NCBI GenBank assembly: GCA_045659245.1
Contig: JAZOWN010000006.1
Location: forward strand, 13,186 to 77,185
Origin: Eubacteriales bacterium
GTDB taxonomy: Bacteria > Bacillota > Clostridia > Oscillospirales > CAG-272
Direction of reading: 5' to 3'
DNA: 64,000 bases
Positions 29,204 to 39,504 of the stretch are shown piece by piece; within the stretch, counting starts at the first letter, position 1; each line of letters opens with the position of its first letter. Below the pieces are notes generated by a model, which was given only the letters and a program-made list of their open reading frames with translations, had not been told where the DNA came from and did not search any database. The translations under genes and the position numbers were made by a program.

Positions 29204-30274
29204 ATGGAAAAGAATATTACAGTTCTTAAGGGTGACGGAATAGGCCCCGAGATCGTCGATCAGGCGATAAAGGTTCTTGACGCGGTGTGCGAGAAGTATT
29301 CGCACAAATTTAACTACACCGAGGTAGACATCGGCGGCTGCAGTATAGATAAGTACGGCGTGCCGATAACCGAGGAGGGAATGGCAAAATGTAAGGCATC
29401 TGACAGCGTGCTTCTCGGCGCTGTGGGTGGACCTAAATGGGATAACGTTGATCCCTCCGTGCGCCCCGAAAAGGCTTTGCTTGCTGTAAGAAGCGAGCTT
29501 GGACTTTTTGCAAATCTCCGTCCTACAAAGCTTTTTCCACAGCTTGCGGATGCTTCTCCCCTCAAGCCCTCTATCGTTGGCAACGGAATTGATCTCATGA
29601 TAGTCCGTGAGCTTACGGGCGGTATCTACTTTGGAAAGAGAAGAACCGAGGTCGTTGACGGTGAGAAGGTCGCTACCGACGAGATGACGTACAGCGAGCA
29701 CGAGATCGAGCGTATCGGTCGCGTTGCGTTCGAGAGCGCAAGAAAGAGAAGCGGTCGCGTCGCTTCCGTTGATAAGGCGAACGTGCTTGACTCCTCAAGA
29801 CTCTGGAGAGCGGTAATGCACAAGCTCGCAGAGGAATATACGGACGTTGAGTATTCCGATATTCTCGTTGATAATACGGCTATGCAGCTCGTTAAGAATC
29901 CTGCACAGTTTGACGTTGTTGTAACCGAAAACATGTTCGGAGATATTCTCTCCGACGAGGCGAGCATGCTCACGGGCTCTATCGGTATGATGCCCTCCGC
30001 AAGCCTTTCCTCGGGAACGCTTGGTATGTACGAGCCTATTCACGGCTCTGCTCCCGATATCGCGGGAATGGATATCGCGAATCCGATAGGTACTATTATG
30101 TCCGCGGCTATGATGCTCCGCTACTCCTTTGATATGGCAGAGGAGGCTGATGCTATCGAGAACGCAGTAAACAAGGCACTTGACGACGGATACAGAACGT
30201 CCGATATATATAAGGACGGATTTACAAAGGTAGGTTGCTCCGAAATGGGAACAATTATTGCCTCCAATATATGA
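29204..30274 (+). CDS. leuB: 3-isopropylmalate dehydrogenase
   Basis: Blocks present are [21 protein letters not shown] and [20 protein letters not shown]. Confidence 0.95.
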   Translation: MEKNITVLKGDGIGPEIVDQAIKVLDAVCEKYSHKFNYTEVDIGGCSIDKYGVPITEEGMAKCKASDSVLLGAVGGPKWDNVDPSVRPEKALLAVRSELGLFANLRPTKLFPQLADASPLKPSIVGNGIDLMIVRELTGGIYFGKRRTEVVDGEKVATDEMTYSEHEIERIGRVAFESARKRSGRVASVDKANVLDSSRLWRAVMHKLAEEYTDVEYSDILVDNTAMQLVKNPAQFDVVVTENMFGDILSDEASMLTGSIGMMPSASLSSGTLGMYEPIHGSAPDIAGMDIANPIGTIMSAAMMLRYSFDMAEEADAIENAVNKALDDGYRTSDIYKDGFTKVGCSEMGTIIASNI

Positions 30275-30304
30275 TTTTTACGTATTTTGAAAGGGGTAAC
30301 TCAA

Positions 30305-31375
30305 ATGCTTAACATTAAGTATGAGCTTGTTGAAAACAGAAAATCAAAACCCGATTGGAACAATCTCGGCTTTGGAAAATACTTTACCGACCATATGTTT
30401 ATTATGGACTACGATAAGGGAATGGGCTGGCACGACGCGAGAATAATTCCTTATCAGAATCTCTCTCTTGACCCTGCCTGCATGGTGTTCCACTACGCGC
30501 AGGAGATGTTTGAGGGACTTAAAGCATACAGAACTCCCGACGGAGAAATTCAGCTTTTCCGTCCTGACAAGAACATTGAGAGAATGAACAATACAAACAG
30601 AAGACTTTGTATTCCTCAGCTCGATAACTCTGACGTTCTTGACGCAATAAAGGCGATAGTATCCGTAGAGAAGGATTGGGTTCCTACGGCTGACGGCACG
30701 TCTCTTTATATCCGTCCGTTTATTATTGCTACCGACGTGCATATAGGTGTGCACCCCTCGCACAGCTACAAATTTATAATCATTCTCAGCCCCGTAGGCT
30801 CTTACTATCCCGAGGGAATAAAGCCCGTAAAGATATTCGTTGAAAGAGAATACGTAAGAGCAGTTAAGGGCGGAACGGGATATGCCAAGGTCGGCGGTAA
30901 CTACGCATGCTCTCTTATCGGTCAGGAAAAGGCAGAGCAGCTCGGATATTCGCAGGTTTTGTGGCTTGACGGTATCGAGCATAAGTACATTGACGAGGTT
31001 GGCGCTATGAACGTCTTCTTCGTTATCGACGGAACGGTCGTTACTCCTACACTTGAGGGTGGAAACATTCTTCCCGGTGTTACCCGCGCTTCCTGCATTC
31101 AGCTCTTGGAGAAGCTCGGCTACAAGGTTGAGGAGAGAAAGCTCTCTCTTGACGAGGTAATAGAGGCATATGACAACGGCAAGCTCGACGAGGCATTCGG
31201 AACGGGTACTGCTGCCGTAATTTCTCCTATCGGACTTCTCGATACGGGGGATAAGAAAATGACCGTAAATAACGGTGAGATCGGCGCTGTTGCACAGAAG
31301 CTTTACGATACTCTTACGGGTATTCAGTGGGGCAAGCTTACCGATAGCTTCGGTTGGACTGTAAAAGTTGATTAA
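30305..31375 (+). CDS. ilvE: branched-chain amino acid aminotransferase
   Basis: It belongs to fold-type IV PLP enzymes (YAQEMFEGLKAY..GGTGYAKVGGNY..ILPGVTR). The start is set to the ATG at 30305, 8 nt after the GAAAGGGG RBS; the track uses TTG 30287. Confidence 0.9.
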   Translation: MLNIKYELVENRKSKPDWNNLGFGKYFTDHMFIMDYDKGMGWHDARIIPYQNLSLDPACMVFHYAQEMFEGLKAYRTPDGEIQLFRPDKNIERMNNTNRRLCIPQLDNSDVLDAIKAIVSVEKDWVPTADGTSLYIRPFIIATDVHIGVHPSHSYKFIIILSPVGSYYPEGIKPVKIFVEREYVRAVKGGTGYAKVGGNYACSLIGQEKAEQLGYSQVLWLDGIEHKYIDEVGAMNVFFVIDGTVVTPTLEGGNILPGVTRASCIQLLEKLGYKVEERKLSLDEVIEAYDNGKLDEAFGTGTAAVISPIGLLDTGDKKMTVNNGEIGAVAQKLYDTLTGIQWGKLTDSFGWTVKVD

Positions 31376-31384
31376 GCTAAAAAA

Positions 31385-31416
31385 TACCGCAGGTGTAATT
31401 CATTACACCTGCGGTA
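31385..31416 (+). terminator. perfect 13-15 bp hairpin after ilvE (likely operon terminator, but lacking a + strand U-tract)
   Basis: TACCGCAGGTGTAAT (31385-31399) pairs with ATTACACCTGCGGTA (31402-31416). An A-run lies upstream. Downstream there is only AAAGTT. Confidence 0.5.
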
Positions 31417-31443
31417 AAGTTGGTTATAGACCTGTGAATTTTT

Positions 31444-31700
31444 AATGCATAATATTCATGCGCGTTTATGCATAATTCGCATAATACAATAAAAACGCCG
31501 TAAAATCAATGCATAAAGCATGAATAATATGCATAGTTGTGCATAATGACAATTTGAGAGCAAAAAAGTTGTGAAAATATCGTTGTTCGGTAGTATTGAC
31601 ATATTCTTCCGAATGGTGTATAATATACAACAGCATATAAAGTATTCATATTATTACTTTATAAATATATTTTGATTGTATTAAATTATGCTTTATGCAT
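31444..31700 (+). promoter_or_regulatory. arg operon control region: consensus promoter flanked by an array of ARG-box-like (ArgR/AhrC-type) repeats
   Basis: The promoter is TTGACA (31596-31601), 17 nt, then TGtATAAT (31619-31624). Repeats are TGCATAATATTCA (31446-31458), TGCATAATTCGCA (31469-31481), ATGCATAAAGCAT (31509-31521), TGAATAATATGCA (31521-31533) and TGCATAATG (31541-31549). An inverted copy of ATGCATAAAGCAT lies at 31688-31700, overlapping the argG RBS region. Confidence 0.6.
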
Positions 31701-31711
31701 GGAGGTACGTT

Positions 31712-32941
31712 ATGGAAAAGAAGGATATCAAAAAGGTCGTTTTGGCGTATTCCGGTGGACTCGATACGTCTATCATTATTCCGTGGCTTAAGGAGAACTA
31801 CAATAACTGTGAGGTTATCGCCGTAAGCGGAAACGTAGGTCAGAGCGACGAGCTCGACGGACTTGAGGAAAAGGCTATCAAGACCGGCGCATCGAAAATA
31901 TACATTGAGGATCTTACTAACGAATTCGTTGACGAATACGTTATTCCTACCGTTATGGCAGGAGCTAAGTATGAGGAATATATGCTCGGTACGTCATTCG
32001 CACGTCCCGTTATCGCAAAGCGTATAGTTGAGATCGCTAAGGCAGAGGGCGCTGACGCTATTTGCCACGGTTGTACAGGTAAGGGAAACGACCAGGTTCG
32101 TTTCGAGCTTACCATTAAGGCTTTTGCTCCCGATATGCCTATCATCGCTCCTTGGCGTGAGTGGGATATCAAATCCCGTGAGGAAGAAATCGAGTACGCA
32201 GAGGCACACAACGTACCGCTTAAGATAAACCGTGAGACCAACTATTCCAAGGATAAGAACCTCTGGCATCTCAGCCACGAGGGACTTGATCTTGAGGACG
32301 CAGGCAACGAGCCTCTTTACGAGAAAGAGGGCTTCCTTGAAATGGGTGTTTCTCCCATTCCCGCTCCCGACGCTCCTACCTATATCACTCTTGATTTCGA
32401 GCAGGGCCGTCCCGTTGCATTCAACGGTGAGAAGATGAGCGCAAAGGATATTATCCTCAACCTCAACAAGGTTGGCGGCGAGAACGGTATCGGACTTCTT
32501 GACATCGTTGAGAACCGTCTTGTCGGCATGAAGTGCCGCGGTGTTTACGAGACTCCCGGCGGAGCTATTCTCTATGCCGCACACGACTATCTTGAAACTC
32601 TTTGCCTTGACAAGTACACCGCTCACAAGAAGCAGGAGCTTGCTGTAACCTTTGCAGATCTCGTATATAACGGCCAGTGGTTCACACCTCTTCGTGAGGC
32701 TCTTTCCGCATTCGTTGATAAGACTCAGGAGAAGGTTACCGGTAAGGTAAAGCTCAAGCTCTACAAGGGTAATATTATCAAGGCGGGCGCATGGAGTGAC
32801 TATTCTCTCTACTCCGAGGAGATCGCAACCTTTGGTGAGGATCACGTTTACGACCAGACCGACGCTACCGGATTTATCAACCTCTTTGGACTTCCGATAA
32901 AGGTTCAGGCTCAGGTAAACGAAAAGAACAATAATAAGTAA
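31712..32941 (+). CDS. argG: argininosuccinate synthase
   Basis: The start is the ATG at 31712, after a GGAGG RBS. The N-terminus reads [18 protein letters not shown] and TPGG motifs are present. Confidence 0.95.
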   Translation: MEKKDIKKVVLAYSGGLDTSIIIPWLKENYNNCEVIAVSGNVGQSDELDGLEEKAIKTGASKIYIEDLTNEFVDEYVIPTVMAGAKYEEYMLGTSFARPVIAKRIVEIAKAEGADAICHGCTGKGNDQVRFELTIKAFAPDMPIIAPWREWDIKSREEEIEYAEAHNVPLKINRETNYSKDKNLWHLSHEGLDLEDAGNEPLYEKEGFLEMGVSPIPAPDAPTYITLDFEQGRPVAFNGEKMSAKDIILNLNKVGGENGIGLLDIVENRLVGMKCRGVYETPGGAILYAAHDYLETLCLDKYTAHKKQELAVTFADLVYNGQWFTPLREALSAFVDKTQEKVTGKVKLKLYKGNIIKAGAWSDYSLYSEEIATFGEDHVYDQTDATGFINLFGLPIKVQAQVNEKNNNK

Positions 32942-33001
32942 TCAAGGAGCATTTTGCCTGGCGTCAATTTTTGGCGGCGGGCAAAACGTGTATAAAAAGA
33001 C

Positions 33002-34378
33002 ATGGAAAAAATGTGGGCAGGAAGGTTTTCAAAGGCGCTTGACAGCAAGGCTGACGATTTCAATTCCTCGATAAGATTTGACTGCAAAATGTATAAGCAG
33101 GACATAACGGGCTCTCTGGCGCATGCAAAAATGCTTGCAAAGCAGGGGATAATTTCCGCGGACGACTGCGAGAAAATAACCGACGGACTTTTGTCTATAC
33201 TTGAGGACCTCGAGAGCGGTGCACTTGAGTTCGACATGGCGTGTGAGGACATTCACATGTTCGTTGAGGCGGAGCTGACGAAGCGTATAGGCGACGCGGG
33301 AAAAAGACTTCATACCGCGAGAAGCCGCAACGATCAGGTAGCGCTTGATATTCGTATGTATCTGCGTGAGGAGTCGGAAAAGGTGATAAGCCTGCTTTCC
33401 GAGCTTGTCGAGGTCATAACCGATAAGGCGGAGGAGAATAAGGCGGTTATCGTTCCGGGATATACGCATCTGCAAAGAGCGCAGCCGATCACATTCGGTC
33501 ATCACCTTATGGCGTACTCGATGATGTTCCTGCGGGATATTTCAAGAGTTCGCGATGCGATCGCGAGAATGAATTATTCGCCTATCGGAAGCTGTGCGCT
33601 TGCAGGTACGACCTACAACACGGACAGACGCTTCGAGGCAGAGGCACTCGGATTTGACGGAATAACGATGAATAGCATAGACGGTGTGTCCGACAGAGAT
33701 TTTTGCGTAGAGCTTATGAGCGCGTACTCGCTTATCATGATGCACCTTTCAAGATTTTCCGAGGAAATTATACTTTGGTCGAGCTGGGAATTCAGATACG
33801 TTGAGCTTGACGACTCCTATACCACGGGCTCGTCTATAATGCCCCAAAAGAAAAATTCTGACATGGCAGAGCTTGTAAGAGGAAAAACGGGCAGAGTTTA
33901 CGGAAATCTTCTGGCTCTGTTGACGACTCTTAAAGGACTTCCGCTCGCTTATAACAAGGACATGCAGGAGGACAAGGAAGCGATTTTCGATTCCCTTGAA
34001 ACCGTGCAGATGTGCCTTGAAATATTCGCACCTATGGTAAAGACCATGAGAGTTAAGGCTGACAATATGTACCGTGCTGCCGAGGAAGGCTTTATAAATG
34101 CGACTGACCTTGCGGATTATCTGACGAAGAAGGGAATGCCTTTTAGATCTGCATACAAGATTGTCGGTCAGATAGTCGCTGAATGCATTGATAAGAAATG
34201 CGTTCTCGATGATCTTTCCTTGGAAGCATACCGTGCTCACAGCGATATGTTCGAGGCAGATCTCTACGGGGAAATTTCACTTGAAGCTTGCGTAAGTAAG
34301 AGAATTTCAGAGGGCGGAACGTCCGTTTCGTCAGTGGAGACGCAGATAGCATACGCAAGAGAGGAACTGAAAAAATGA
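33002..34378 (+). CDS. argH: argininosuccinate lyase
   Basis: The N-terminus is MWAGRFS. Other blocks are PGYTHLQRAQP and the fumarase/lyase signature GSSIMPQKKN. Confidence 0.95.
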   Translation: MEKMWAGRFSKALDSKADDFNSSIRFDCKMYKQDITGSLAHAKMLAKQGIISADDCEKITDGLLSILEDLESGALEFDMACEDIHMFVEAELTKRIGDAGKRLHTARSRNDQVALDIRMYLREESEKVISLLSELVEVITDKAEENKAVIVPGYTHLQRAQPITFGHHLMAYSMMFLRDISRVRDAIARMNYSPIGSCALAGTTYNTDRRFEAEALGFDGITMNSIDGVSDRDFCVELMSAYSLIMMHLSRFSEEIILWSSWEFRYVELDDSYTTGSSIMPQKKNSDMAELVRGKTGRVYGNLLALLTTLKGLPLAYNKDMQEDKEAIFDSLETVQMCLEIFAPMVKTMRVKADNMYRAAEEGFINATDLADYLTKKGMPFRSAYKIVGQIVAECIDKKCVLDDLSLEAYRAHSDMFEADLYGEISLEACVSKRISEGGTSVSSVETQIAYAREELKK

Positions 34379-35307
34379 AAAAGGTTTTTATTGACGGCAA
34401 GGCGGGAACTACGGGACTTCGTATCTATGAAAGACTTGCCGACCGAGACGACGTTTGCTTGATCTTGCTCTCCGACGAGGAAAGAAAGAACGCCGATGCG
34501 AGAAAAAAAGCACTTAACGAGTGCGATATAGCGTTTCTTTGTTTGCCCGACGATGCGGCACGCGAGGCTGTTTCGATGGTTGAAAACCCCGACGTCGTTA
34601 TTATCGACGCATCGACTGCACACAGAACGGCTGACGGTTGGAGCTACGGTTTCCCCGAGCTTTCGGCAGAGGCGAGAGAGAATATAAAAAATTCAAAGCG
34701 TATTGCAAACCCCGGTTGTCACGCAAGCGGATTTGTCGCTCTTGTTTATCCCCTCGTAGAGGCGAGTATCCTTAAGCCCGACGTTCTCTTGTCCTGCCAC
34801 TCGATCACGGGTTACAGCGGCGGCGGAAAAAAGATGATTGCCGACTACGACTCCGAGGAGCGCGACGTGCTTCTCGACTATCCGAGACAGTACGGTATCT
34901 CTCAAAAGCATAAGCACCTGCCCGAGATGAAGCACGTTACGGGGATTGTGAACGAACCGGTATTTTCACCTATCGTATCCGACTTTTACAGCGGAATGGA
35001 GGTTACCGTGCCGCTCTTTAAAAAGCAGCTCGCAGACGGATTTACCGTCGAGGACATCAAGCGAGTTTATAGAGAGAAGTATAATACCTCTATCGTAAAA
35101 TACGTTGAGAGCGCTGACAGAGAAGGCTTTTTGTCAGCAGGTGAGCTTGCGGGCAAGGACACTATGAGCGTATCCGTTTACGGAAACGACGACAGAATTA
35201 TTTTGGTTGCGCTTTACGACAATCTCGGCAAGGGTGCGTCGGGTGCGGCAGTTGAATGTATGAATATAGTCCTTGGAGAAGCTCCGGAAAAAGGACTTGT
35301 AATTTGA
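34375..35307 (+). CDS. argC: N-acetyl-gamma-glutamyl-phosphate reductase (short, type-2 form)
   Basis: 310-aa protein with the catalytic-Cys block IANPGCHASG. Its start overlaps the argH stop (ATGA). Confidence 0.88.
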   Translation: MKKVFIDGKAGTTGLRIYERLADRDDVCLILLSDEERKNADARKKALNECDIAFLCLPDDAAREAVSMVENPDVVIIDASTAHRTADGWSYGFPELSAEARENIKNSKRIANPGCHASGFVALVYPLVEASILKPDVLLSCHSITGYSGGGKKMIADYDSEERDVLLDYPRQYGISQKHKHLPEMKHVTGIVNEPVFSPIVSDFYSGMEVTVPLFKKQLADGFTVEDIKRVYREKYNTSIVKYVESADREGFLSAGELAGKDTMSVSVYGNDDRIILVALYDNLGKGASGAAVECMNIVLGEAPEKGLVI

Positions 35308-35317
35308 GGAAACAGAA

Positions 35318-36529
35318 ATGAAGCAGATTAACGGCGGCGTTTGTGCCGCAAAGGGATTTACCGCAAACGGCATAAGATGCGGTATAAGAAAGAACAGAAC
35401 TAAGAGAGATATTGCGCTTATTTCCAGTGAGGTGCCCGGTGCTGCTGCGGCAGTTTACACCAAGAACCTCGTAAAGGGCGCACCTCTTACCGTAACCAAG
35501 GAAAATATTTCCGACGGAATAGCGCAAGCAATGATTTGTAACAGCGGAAACGCTAACACCTGCAACGCAAACGGAATTGAGATCGCTACAAAGACTTGTG
35601 AGCTTCTCGCAAAGGAAATGAATATCCGCGCAAACGACGTAATAGTTGCATCTACGGGTGTTATCGGACAGCCTCTTGATATTGCTCCCATCGCGGGCGG
35701 TATGAAGGAGCTTGTAGCAGGACTTGGCGACCATTGCGATTTGGCTTGCGAGGGCATTATGACGACGGACGTAAAGAAGAAGGAGATCGCGATGTCCTTC
35801 GAGATCGGCGGAGTTGAGTGCAGAATGGGCGGTATTGCAAAGGGAAGCGGAATGATCCACCCCAACATGGCTACCATGCTCGTGTTCGTTACTACGGACT
35901 GCGCTATCAGCGCGGACATGCTCAAGCTTGCGCTCTCCCGCGACGTAGTTGATTCCTTTAACATGATAAGCGTTGACGGAGATACCTCCACTAACGATAT
36001 GGTTTCGGTTATCGCAAACGGAATGGCGGGAAATACCCTCATTTCCGAGGAAAACGCTGATTTTGAGAAATTCTGCGAGGCACTCCACGCAGTTACCTCA
36101 CATCTTTGCCGTGCTATCGCGGCTGACGGAGAGGGGGCTACCAAGCTTCTTGAATGTGTTGTCGAGGGCGCTAAGGACAAGGACAACGCGAGAGTTGTTG
36201 CGAAATCCGTTATATGCTCATCGCTCTTTAAGGCGGCTATGTTCGGTGCTGATGCTAACTGGGGACGCGTGCTTTGCGCTATCGGATACAGCGGAGCTGA
36301 CGTTGACGTAAACAAGGTGAGCGTGACGTTCAAGTCCGTAGGCGGTGAGATCACCGTGTGCCAAAACGGCGCAGGTGTTGAATTCTCCGAGGAGCTTGCT
36401 AAAAAGATACTCGTTGAGAGTGAGATACAGATACTTATAGGTCTTGGCGACGGTGACGGACAGGCAGTAGCCTGGGGCTGTGACCTCACCTACGACTACG
36501 TAAAGATCAACGGAGATTACAGAACTTAA
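35318..36529 (+). CDS. argJ: bifunctional ornithine acetyltransferase / N-acetylglutamate synthase
   Basis: It carries the autoprocessing-site block GMIHPNMATMLVFVTTD and the C-terminal DLTYDYVKINGDYRT. Confidence 0.93.
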   Translation: MKQINGGVCAAKGFTANGIRCGIRKNRTKRDIALISSEVPGAAAAVYTKNLVKGAPLTVTKENISDGIAQAMICNSGNANTCNANGIEIATKTCELLAKEMNIRANDVIVASTGVIGQPLDIAPIAGGMKELVAGLGDHCDLACEGIMTTDVKKKEIAMSFEIGGVECRMGGIAKGSGMIHPNMATMLVFVTTDCAISADMLKLALSRDVVDSFNMISVDGDTSTNDMVSVIANGMAGNTLISEENADFEKFCEALHAVTSHLCRAIAADGEGATKLLECVVEGAKDKDNARVVAKSVICSSLFKAAMFGADANWGRVLCAIGYSGADVDVNKVSVTFKSVGGEITVCQNGAGVEFSEELAKKILVESEIQILIGLGDGDGQAVAWGCDLTYDYVKINGDYRT

Positions 36530-36543
36530 TTTGGAGATTGAAA

Positions 36544-37416
36544 ATGGAAATTAACAACATGCAAAGAGTGGAGGTCATTACCGAGGCGCTCCCGTACATA
36601 AAAAAATATTACAACAAAATAATTGTGGTAAAGTACGGCGGAAACGCTATGATAAACGAGGAGCTTAAAGAGGCAGTTATGGGAGATCTCGTACTGCTCG
36701 CGCTTATCGGTATCAAGGTCGTGCTCGTTCACGGCGGAGGACCTGAAATTACCGAAATGCTTGCAAAGGTAGGTAAAAAGACGGAGTTTCTCAATGGCTT
36801 GCGCGTTACCGATAAGGAAACGGTTGAGATCGTTCAGATGGTGCTTGCGGGCAAGATCAATAAGAATCTTGTAAATACTATCCAGAACAAGGGCGGCAAG
36901 GCGATAGGTCTTTGCGGTGTTGACGGACACATGATAAAGGCTACCCGAATCAACGAACAGCTTGGCTACGTCGGAGAGGTTACCGACGTCAACGTTGAGC
37001 CTATACTTGACGTTCTCGATAAGGGCTATATTCCCGTAATATCCACCATAGGGTGTGATAACGAGGGGAATACCTACAACATAAATGCCGATACTGCGGC
37101 GGCGCGCATTGCGGGCGAGCTTAAAGCGGAGTGCCTTATATCCATGACGGATATCGAGGGTATTCTCAGAGATAAGAACGATCCCTCAACGCTTATTTCG
37201 AAGATATGCGTGAGTGATGCGCCTCAGCTTATGAAGGAGGGCATTATCAGCGGTGGTATGATACCTAAGGTCAACTGCTGCATCGAGTCAATAAGACGAG
37301 GAGTTAATAAGGTATTTATAATCGACGGACGTGTTCCGCACTCCATTCTTATTGAAACACTTACTGACAAAGGTATGGGAACGATGTTCGTTTCCGGTAA
37401 AAAATATCCTAAATAA
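36544..37416 (+). CDS. argB: acetylglutamate kinase
   Basis: Blocks present are VVKYGGNAM, VLVHGGGP and YNINADTAA. The ATG at 36544 lies 7 nt after GGAG; the track uses TTG 36538. Confidence 0.92.
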   Translation: MEINNMQRVEVITEALPYIKKYYNKIIVVKYGGNAMINEELKEAVMGDLVLLALIGIKVVLVHGGGPEITEMLAKVGKKTEFLNGLRVTDKETVEIVQMVLAGKINKNLVNTIQNKGGKAIGLCGVDGHMIKATRINEQLGYVGEVTDVNVEPILDVLDKGYIPVISTIGCDNEGNTYNINADTAAARIAGELKAECLISMTDIEGILRDKNDPSTLISKICVSDAPQLMKEGIISGGMIPKVNCCIESIRRGVNKVFIIDGRVPHSILIETLTDKGMGTMFVSGKKYPK

Positions 37417-37432
37417 TTTTGCGGTGTAATTT

Positions 37433-38596
37433 ATGAATATAAAAGAACTTGACAACAATTACGTTGCGTCAACGTATGCGAGGTTTCCCATTTGTATAAC
37501 GAGCGGCAAGGGCTCGATCGTGTACGACGATGAGGGAAAGGAATATATCGACCTCGGTACGGGAATTGCCGTAAATACATTCGGAGTTGCTGACGACGAG
37601 TGGGTATCGGCAGTTACGGCGCAGCTTTCTGCCGTACAGCATACCTCTAATCTCTATTACAGCGAGCCCTGTGCGCGCCTTGCGGCAGAGCTTTGCGAAA
37701 GAACGGGAATGAAAAGAGTGTTCTTTTCAAACTCGGGCGCTGAAGCAAACGAGTGCGCCATAAAGGCGGCAAGAAAATACGGAGAGCTAAACAAGGGCGA
37801 GGGATATACTACCATCGTAACCCTAAAGGACAGTTTCCACGGACGTACACTAACTACGCTTGCGGCAACGGGACAGGACGTCTTTCATAAGGACTTTTTG
37901 CCTCTTACCGAGGGCTTTGTGCACGCGGCGGCAAACTCCAAGGAGGACGTTGTCAGACTGACGAGCGAAAACAAGTGCTGTGCGGTCATGTTTGAGGTCG
38001 TTCAGGGAGAGGGCGGAGTGCTCCCCCTTAAAGCAGAATTTCTAACGTGGCTTGAGGGCTTTGCAAAGGAAAACGGACTGCTTCTTATTGCCGACGAGGT
38101 TCAGACGGGTAACGGACGAACGGGTGAGCTTTACGGATATATGAATTTCGGTATCAAGCCCGACATCGTTTCTACCGCGAAGGGACTTGGCGGAGGCTTG
38201 CCGATAGGTGCTACAATGCTCGGAGAGAAGGTAGAGGGCGTTCTCGGTGCGGGAATGCACGGATCTACGTTCGGCGGAAACCCCGTATGCTCGGCAGGCG
38301 CTTTGAATATACTTTCAAGACTTGACGGAGAGCTTCTCCAAGGAGTAAAGCGCAAGAGCGAGTACATTTTCAGAGAGCTTGAGGGCGCAAAGGGAGTAAA
38401 GAGCGTTACGGGACTCGGTCTTATGATCGGTATTGAATGTGAACGCCCTGCTTCGGAAATAATAGAAGAATGTAGGGAAAAGGGAGTTCTTGTTATCAAG
38501 GCAAAGCATAAGATACGACTTTTGCCCGCACTTAATATAGACGATGAAATTTTAACAAAAGCAATAAATATTTTGAAGGAGGCGTGTGCTAAATGA
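37433..38596 (+). CDS. argD: acetylornithine aminotransferase
   Basis: It is a class-III aminotransferase with SGAEANE, DEVQTGNGRTG and the PLP-Lys region STAKGLGGG. Confidence 0.9.
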   Translation: MNIKELDNNYVASTYARFPICITSGKGSIVYDDEGKEYIDLGTGIAVNTFGVADDEWVSAVTAQLSAVQHTSNLYYSEPCARLAAELCERTGMKRVFFSNSGAEANECAIKAARKYGELNKGEGYTTIVTLKDSFHGRTLTTLAATGQDVFHKDFLPLTEGFVHAAANSKEDVVRLTSENKCCAVMFEVVQGEGGVLPLKAEFLTWLEGFAKENGLLLIADEVQTGNGRTGELYGYMNFGIKPDIVSTAKGLGGGLPIGATMLGEKVEGVLGAGMHGSTFGGNPVCSAGALNILSRLDGELLQGVKRKSEYIFRELEGAKGVKSVTGLGLMIGIECERPASEIIEECREKGVLVIKAKHKIRLLPALNIDDEILTKAINILKEACAK

Positions 38597-39495
38597 AACA
38601 CCTGTTAAAGCTTATGGATCTTACCGAGAGGGAGATAATAGAAATTCTCAATACGGCAGATCAGCTCAAATACGAAAAGAAAAACGGAATCAAGCATCAT
38701 ATCCTTGCGGGAAAGACGCTCGGAATGATCTTTGAGAAATCCTCTACGAGAACGAGAGTATCGTTCGAGGTCGGAATGTACGACCTTGGAGGTACGGCAC
38801 TCTTCTTGAGCTCACGCGACCTTCAGATCGGACGCGGCGAGCCCGTTCAGGATACCGCGCGCGTTCTTTCGAGATACCTCGACGGAATTATGATCCGTAC
38901 CTTCGATCAGGAGGAGGTCGAGTCTCTTGCTCGCTGCGGTACTATTCCGATAATCAACGGTCTTACGGACTATTGCCACCCCTGCCAGGTGCTTGCCGAT
39001 CTTATGACGATCAGAGAGCATAAGGGCTGTATAAAGGGTAATAAGCTCTGCTATATCGGTGACGGAAATAACATGACAAACTCCCTCATAGTCGGCGGAA
39101 TCAAGATGGGAATGAGCGTATCGGTCGCTTGCCCCAAGGGATACGAGCCTGATGCGGAGATCATGAGATGGGCGTCCGTTAACGGAGAATTCACCTGCAC
39201 AGACAACGTTTTTGAGGCGGCTAAGGATGCCGACGTGCTCTACACCGACGTTTGGGCTTCCATGGGCCAGGAGGGTGAGGCGGCAGAAAGAAAGAAGATC
39301 TTTGCCGGCTACCAGATAAACAGCGACGTTATGGCTGTGGCTCATAGCGATGCAATGGTCCTTCACTGCCTGCCTGCTCACCGCGGCGAGGAGATCACGG
39401 ATGAAATTATTGAGGCACATGCCGCTGAAATATTTGACGAAGCAGAGAACCGCCTGCACGCGCAGAAGGCAGTTCTTGTAAAATGTCTTGCGTAA
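38593..39495 (+). CDS. argF: ornithine carbamoyltransferase
   Basis: Blocks present are SSTRTRVSFE, HPCQ, DVWASMG and HCLPAHRGEE. Its start overlaps the argD stop. Confidence 0.92.
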   Translation: MKHLLKLMDLTEREIIEILNTADQLKYEKKNGIKHHILAGKTLGMIFEKSSTRTRVSFEVGMYDLGGTALFLSSRDLQIGRGEPVQDTARVLSRYLDGIMIRTFDQEEVESLARCGTIPIINGLTDYCHPCQVLADLMTIREHKGCIKGNKLCYIGDGNNMTNSLIVGGIKMGMSVSVACPKGYEPDAEIMRWASVNGEFTCTDNVFEAAKDADVLYTDVWASMGQEGEAAERKKIFAGYQINSDVMAVAHSDAMVLHCLPAHRGEEITDEIIEAHAAEIFDEAENRLHAQKAVLVKCLA

Positions 39496-39504
39496 GAGGT
39501 GCAT

